Part shown: positions 59,073 to 64,000 of the stretch, one piece after another | Layout: every line of letters begins with the position of its first letter | Position numbering within the stretch: the stretch's first letter is position 1 | NCBI GenBank assembly: GCA_963734535.1 | Contig: CAVTHS010000008.1 | Location: 416,001 to 480,000 of the forward strand | Length of the DNA: 64,000 nucleotides | Direction of reading: 5' to 3' | From: an uncultured Chloroflexia bacterium | GTDB lineage: Bacteria > Chloroflexota > Limnocylindria > Limnocylindrales > CSP1-4 | Position numbers and translations under genes: made by a program | Notes under the pieces: model-generated | What the model saw: the letters and a program-made list of their open reading frames with translations, nothing else | Databases searched by the model: none | Told to the model about the DNA's origin: nothing

Positions 59073-60184
59073 CGGCTCACGACGCCGGGCGACTCGGGCG
59101 GGCCAGCCGGATCCACGACCACCTCCCGCCGGCCGAGCCGGTCCCCGATCCCCTGCTCCCCGGCGGCCTGGAGGTCACCACCGTCGACTACCACGCGGGG
59201 GGCGAGCCGTTCAGGATCGTGACGGGCGATGTCGGGGAGATCACGGGTGCCACGCTCCTCGGGAAGCGGCGCTGGGTCGCCGCGAACCTCGACCACGTGC
59301 GCAGGCTCCTGGTGAACGAGCCGCGGGGGCACGCCGACATGTATGGCTGCTTCGTGGTCGAGCCCGACGATGACGGCGCGGACCTGGGCGTCCTCTTCTT
59401 CCATAACGAGGGCTACTCCACCGCCTGCGGCCACGGCACGATCGCGCTCGTGACGTGGGCGCTCGAGAGCGGTCGCCTGCCGATGAGCGGTCCGGAGACG
59501 AGCGTCGTGGTGGACGTCCCGTCCGGCCGCCTGGCCTGTGTTGCGCGCTGCGACGTCGAGGCTCACCGGGTCCTCGGCGTGCGGTTCCGGAACGTGCCGT
59601 CGTTCGTGCTCGCGGAGGGCGTCACGGTGGCCACATCGGCCGGCTCCATCCGGGTCGACGTGGCCTACGGTGGGGCGTTCTACGGGAGCGTGGACGTCCG
59701 GTCGTCGATCGGCCTGTCCGTCGATCGAGCCAGCCTGCCCCGGCTCATCGCGCTCCAGCGCGAGCTGCGGCCCGCCCTCGACGCGGCGCTGGACGTGGTG
59801 CACCCGGACGAACCCGAGCTGCGCGGCATCTACGGCATCACCTGGTGGCAGGACGAGACGTCCGCCGCGGGCCACGAGGCGGCGCTGACCCAGCGCAACG
59901 TGACCGTCTTCGCGGATGGCGAGGTGGACCGCTCGCCGTGTGGCAGCGGGACATCGGCGCGGCTCGCGATCCTGCATGCGCAGGGCCGGCTGCGGACCGG
60001 CGAGGAGCTCCGCCACCTGAGCATCGTCGATTCGGTCTTCACCGGTCGTGTCGTCGGTGCGGCGCTGGTCGCCGGGCGGCCAGCGGTGGTCACCGAGGTG
60101 GAGGGGCGCGCCCACCCGACCGGGCGCCACACGTTCGTCCTCGACCCGGCAGACCCGATCGGGACCGGCTTTCTCCTCCGCTGA
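59069..60184 (+). CDS. Proline racemase / hydroxyproline epimerase family (Cys/Cys active site)
   Basis: DYHAGGEP, EPRGHADM, TACGHG, DRSPCGSGT. Confidence 0.92.
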   Translation: MTAHDAGRLGRASRIHDHLPPAEPVPDPLLPGGLEVTTVDYHAGGEPFRIVTGDVGEITGATLLGKRRWVAANLDHVRRLLVNEPRGHADMYGCFVVEPDDDGADLGVLFFHNEGYSTACGHGTIALVTWALESGRLPMSGPETSVVVDVPSGRLACVARCDVEAHRVLGVRFRNVPSFVLAEGVTVATSAGSIRVDVAYGGAFYGSVDVRSSIGLSVDRASLPRLIALQRELRPALDAALDVVHPDEPELRGIYGITWWQDETSAAGHEAALTQRNVTVFADGEVDRSPCGSGTSARLAILHAQGRLRTGEELRHLSIVDSVFTGRVVGAALVAGRPAVVTEVEGRAHPTGRHTFVLDPADPIGTGFLLR

Positions 60185-60336
60185 GCCGGACCGGCGATCG
60201 GCGCCGCTGACCCACGGCGCGGGATTCGGTGACTCTCGCGCCAGCCTCCGTGCTGGCCGTGAGCCTGGCGTGGGATGATCCCCGGACGACCGCCCGGCAT
60301 CAGCCCGGCGTCGCGGCCATCGCAGGAGGGACCAGC

Positions 60337-60747
60337 GTGAAGGGGTTCGTCGCCAGCCTCATCGCCACGGGCATCGCCCTCTGGGTGACCGCGCGGTTCG
60401 TCACGGGAATCACGATCCCCTCGTCCGCCTTCCACAAGCTCCCCGGCGACCTGGTCACCTTCGCGCTCATCGCGATCGTGTTCGGCATCGCGAACGGGCT
60501 CGTCAAGCCCGTGGTGAAGATGCTCTCGTTTCCGATCACGCTCCTGACGCTGGGCCTGGCCGGGATCGTCATCAACGCGGTGCTCTTCCTGGCCGCCGCC
60601 TGGGTCACGAACCAGGTCGGCGGCGATGTCAAGGTGGGCGACTTCCCCCCGACCCTGCTGACGCAGGCCACCGTGGTGGCCGCGCTGATCGGCTCGATCG
60701 TCCTCGGCGTCGTCTCGGCAGTCGCCCGAATGGTCATCCCGGACTGA
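60337..60747 (+). CDS. 4-TM phage-holin-like (YvlD family) membrane protein
   Basis: NGLVKPVVKMLSFPITLLTLGL; GGAGG RBS. Confidence 0.85.
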   Translation: MKGFVASLIATGIALWVTARFVTGITIPSSAFHKLPGDLVTFALIAIVFGIANGLVKPVVKMLSFPITLLTLGLAGIVINAVLFLAAAWVTNQVGGDVKVGDFPPTLLTQATVVAALIGSIVLGVVSAVARMVIPD

Positions 60748-60751
60748 CCGA

Positions 60752-62320
60752 GTGGATCTCCGCGCTCATGACGCGGCCGGCGACCGCCTGACGGCGCTCG
60801 CTCCGGCCCTTCGGGCGATCGCGCGGCGGTTCGGAACGCCGACCTACGTCACCGACATCGTCGCGCTCGAGGCGGCCGCCGGCGCGGTCGGCGCGGCCTT
60901 CCCGCCACCCTGGGAACGACGCTACTCTCTGAAGGCGAACGACCTCCCGGCCATCGTTGCCCGGCTTGCCGGGCTGGGGTTCGGCGCGAACGTCGTGTCG
61001 CGCGGGGAGTGGGCCCTCGCGACGAGGGCCGGCATCCCGAACGCCGACATCACGCTCGAGGGGATCGGCAAGACGGATGCGGACCTGGCCGCCGCGGCCC
61101 GGGCCGCCGCCGCGGGCGTGCCGCTCCACTGGATCGCCCTGGAGTCGGCGGACGAAGCGGCCGCGCTGGCCCGTGCCGTCCTGGCCGTCCGGGCGGGCCC
61201 GCTCGCGGGACACCAGCCGAGCCCGGACGCGGCCGACGGCCGCAGTCCAGGTGCGGCCGGCCTGGCGCTCCGCGTCGATGTGCTCCTGCGGCTCAACCCC
61301 GAGGTGGATCCGGAGACGCAGCGCGGCCTGGCCACCGGCGTATCTGCCTCGAAGTTCGGGATGACCGCTGACGAGGTCGCGGCCGCGATCGAGGCGGTCG
61401 GCGGCCCGGACGGGCCGCTTCGGTTCCGCGGCCTCCACCTCCACGTGGGGTCCCAGCTCGGCGCCGCGGACGCGTGGCGGGACGCGGTCCGGCGAGCGCT
61501 GGCGCTGCTGGCGCTCCTGCGCGGGGGGCTGCCAACGTTCGACACGCTCGACGTGGGCGGCGGATTCCCCGTCGCGCCGCTCGGCGTGCCGGTCCCCGGC
61601 CCGGGCCGCTTCGCGCGTGAGATGCCCGCGCTCCTCGCCGCCATCCCCGCCGACCGCCGACCCGATCGCCTGGCCGTCGAGCCGGGCCGCATGCTCGTGG
61701 CGCGCGCGGGCTGGATCGTGGCGCGCGTCCTCCACGTCCGGGAGCGCATCGGCCCCTCCGCGGAGCCGGCCCGGCTCGAGCGGTCGGGGCCGTTGAGCCT
61801 CGCGGTGGTGCCGCGCGACGCACGCACGGAGGATCGAGCGGAGCGGCTGGTGGTGATCGACGCCGGGATGACCGAGCTGCTGCGGCCTGCCCTCTATGGG
61901 GCCGAGCACGGGGTCGTGGCGCTCACGTCGCGAGGACGCGCCGTGCGTCCGGCGCCGGAGGCCGTCCACGTATCCGCGTCCGCTGGGTGGAGCGCGGCGG
62001 TGGCCGATCGACGAGCGATCCGCGCGGCCCGCGACTCGGCCGCCGGGCTCTCGCCGCGGCTGGACGAGGCCGGCGTCGCGACCGGCTGGCCACTTGTTCG
62101 CGTCGACGGCCCGATCTGCGAGTCGACCGACACGTTCGGCGAGCATCGCCTGCCACCCCTCCGGCGCGGCGACCTCGTGGCCATCCGCGACACGGGCGCG
62201 TACGGCGCCGCGATGCGCTCGGCATACAACGGCCGGCCGCGGCCCCCGGAGATCTTCGTCGAACCCGACGGGACGCTCACGCGCGCCCGAAGGCGTGGCG
62301 GCCTCGCAAGCCTCGGCTGA
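60752..62320 (+). CDS. lysA: Diaminopimelate decarboxylase
   Basis: YSLKAN, SKFG, HVGSQ, VGGG, EPGR, RPALYGA, GPICESTD, GAYG. Confidence 0.88.
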   Translation: MDLRAHDAAGDRLTALAPALRAIARRFGTPTYVTDIVALEAAAGAVGAAFPPPWERRYSLKANDLPAIVARLAGLGFGANVVSRGEWALATRAGIPNADITLEGIGKTDADLAAAARAAAAGVPLHWIALESADEAAALARAVLAVRAGPLAGHQPSPDAADGRSPGAAGLALRVDVLLRLNPEVDPETQRGLATGVSASKFGMTADEVAAAIEAVGGPDGPLRFRGLHLHVGSQLGAADAWRDAVRRALALLALLRGGLPTFDTLDVGGGFPVAPLGVPVPGPGRFAREMPALLAAIPADRRPDRLAVEPGRMLVARAGWIVARVLHVRERIGPSAEPARLERSGPLSLAVVPRDARTEDRAERLVVIDAGMTELLRPALYGAEHGVVALTSRGRAVRPAPEAVHVSASAGWSAAVADRRAIRAARDSAAGLSPRLDEAGVATGWPLVRVDGPICESTDTFGEHRLPPLRRGDLVAIRDTGAYGAAMRSAYNGRPRPPEIFVEPDGTLTRARRRGGLASLG

Positions 62321-62372
62321 CGGCGGGCGCCGTTCGGCAGGTGCGACGCATCTTCCACGCTAGGATGGCGAG

Positions 62373-64000
62373 GTGAGCGCCGGTGTCGATCCCCGCCATG
62401 TGCCCGCGTCGGAGCGCGACCGGTTTCGGGCGCGCCTCGCCTCGAGGCCGCTGGTCGCGGACGGCGCCACGGGGACGCTCCTCTTCTCGCGCGGGATTCC
62501 GCAGCGAGCCTGCCTCGACGAGCTGGTCCTCTCGCGGCCGGATCTCGTCGGCACCATCCACCGCGAGTACCTCGAGGCAGGCGCCGATCTCATCGAGACG
62601 GCCACGTTCGGCGCGAACCGGGTCCGTCTCGCGGGCTGGGGCCTGGGCGACCTCGCCGCGCGGATGAACAGGCGCGCGGCCCAGCTCGCGCGCGAAGCAC
62701 GCGACGTCGCGGGGCGCGACTCCCTGGTCGCCGGGTCGATCGGGCCCCTCGGCCGTCCTGCGCACGGCGACCTGGGAGTCGGTGATGCGGGTGCCCGGGC
62801 CGCGTTCCGCGAGCAGCTCGACGGGCTCCTGGAGGGGGGCGTGGACCTGCTCATCCTCGAGACCTTCCACGACCTCGACCAGCTCCTCCTGGCGATCTCC
62901 GAGGTCCGCGCCGCGACCGGCCTCCCGATCGTCGCCTCGATGACGTTCGGCGAGGAGCTCGGTCTGGCGGATGGTCGAACCCCGGAGCAGGCCGCGGCGC
63001 TCCTTGCCCGATCCGACGTCGACGTGGTCGGCGTCAACTGCGGGGTGGGCCCCAGCGCCTCGCTCGACGCACTGGGCCGGATCGACCCGCGAAGCCACGA
63101 CCTGCCGGGGTCGTTCATGCCGAACGCGGGCCTGCCCCAACGGATCGAGGGGCAGTTCGTCTACGCGGCGAACCCGGCCTGGTTCGGCGAGGTCGTGCCC
63201 CTCGCCGTCGCCGCCGGTGCGCGCATCGTGGGCGGTTGCTGCGGGACCACGCCGGCCCACGTCGCCGCCATGCGTGTGGCCGTCGACCGCCTGAGCGCCG
63301 TTGCGGGAGCCCCGGTCGAGGGCAGTGCCGAGCGGTCCGGGGAAGCCTCGGGCCCCGACGGCGTTGCTCCAACCTCGCACCCGGCACGCCGGCCGGCGCT
63401 GGTCGAGACGCCGCGCGCGACGCCACCTCCGGGAATCGAATCCGCCGCAGTCGATGCGCCCAGCCCGACGGCGCTCCTCCGGAAGCTCCGCGGCGGCCGG
63501 TACGTGATCTCCGTCGAGATCGATCCTCCTCGCTCAGTCCGGATCGAGCGAACCGTCGAGGCGGCGCGACTCCTGGCCGCGGCGGGCACCGACTGCGTCA
63601 ACATCAGCGACTCGGCGATGGCGCGGGTTCGCATGGGGGCACTGGCCGTCGCGTTCGGGATCCAGCACGACCTCGATCTCGAGTGCGTCGTCCACCTGAC
63701 CACCCGCGACCGGAACCTGATGGCCCTCGAATCGGAGCTGCTCGGTGCGCACGCGCTCGGCGTCCGGAACATCCTTGCCCTGACCGGCGACCCGCCGCGC
63801 GTCGGCGACTACCCGACCGGGACCGGCGTCTGGGACGTCGACTCGATCGGGCTCGTGCGGATCCTCGCCCGGCTCAACCGGGGCGAGGACGAGGCGGGTG
63901 CTCCGATCGGGGGACCGGCAGGGTTCACGATCGCCTGCGCGCTGGACCCCACGGCGGAGGAGCCCGCTCGCGAGTGGGACCGGCTCGAGGAGAAGCTGTC
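62373..64000 (+). CDS. Bifunctional homocysteine S-methyltransferase / methylenetetrahydrofolate reductase (YitJ-like), truncated by window edge
   Basis: Open frame from GTG 62373: LVADGATG, GVNCG, GGCCGT, SVEIDPPR, HLTTRDRN, LTGDP. Confidence 0.9.
   Translation, partial: MSAGVDPRHVPASERDRFRARLASRPLVADGATGTLLFSRGIPQRACLDELVLSRPDLVGTIHREYLEAGADLIETATFGANRVRLAGWGLGDLAARMNRRAAQLAREARDVAGRDSLVAGSIGPLGRPAHGDLGVGDAGARAAFREQLDGLLEGGVDLLILETFHDLDQLLLAISEVRAATGLPIVASMTFGEELGLADGRTPEQAAALLARSDVDVVGVNCGVGPSASLDALGRIDPRSHDLPGSFMPNAGLPQRIEGQFVYAANPAWFGEVVPLAVAAGARIVGGCCGTTPAHVAAMRVAVDRLSAVAGAPVEGSAERSGEASGPDGVAPTSHPARRPALVETPRATPPPGIESAAVDAPSPTALLRKLRGGRYVISVEIDPPRSVRIERTVEAARLLAAAGTDCVNISDSAMARVRMGALAVAFGIQHDLDLECVVHLTTRDRNLMALESELLGAHALGVRNILALTGDPPRVGDYPTGTGVWDVDSIGLVRILARLNRGEDEAGAPIGGPAGFTIACALDPTAEEPAREWDRLEEKL

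Noticed and set aside
60337-60747. Prophage lysis gene
   Set aside because: YvlD-type family is common in chromosomes and no phage genes are nearby

Overview
High-GC bacterial chromosome segment. Gene style suggests Chloroflexota or Actinomycetota; this is inference only. Left part (1-24 kb): a corrinoid methyl-transfer cluster (RACE activator, MetF with fused MetV-like domain, AcsE-like methyltransferase, corrinoid protein, DUF1638), an aminotransferase, mgsA, a RecB-like nuclease-helicase, and a minus-strand block with ferric-reductase-like, FMN-binding and ApbE genes, a MacAB-like transporter and an OmpR-type two-component system. Centre (29.4-44.6 kb): a ~15 kb element integrated in tRNA-Gly(TCC). 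Unusually it duplicates the 5' half of the tRNA. It carries a broken tyrosine integrase, an AbiE-type toxin-antitoxin pair, two tandem-Phd genes with no adjacent type II toxin, and a PDZ-containing HisKA_3 kinase with a NarL-type regulator. The main candidate novel system follows: three tandem cassettes, each starting with the same operator/promoter and secreted crystallin/I36-like gene (truncated in cassette 1), then a different secreted effector and a different membrane or lipoprotein partner. Right part: GNAT, VOC and methyltransferase genes, glgA, glgP, two GH57 genes, GntR with a divergent 43-aa protein, DUF885, proline racemase family, holin-like protein, lysA and a partial YitJ-like gene. 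Many single-base frameshifts between 25 and 54 kb are probably assembly errors. All family calls come from motif recognition by eye; no database searches were run.
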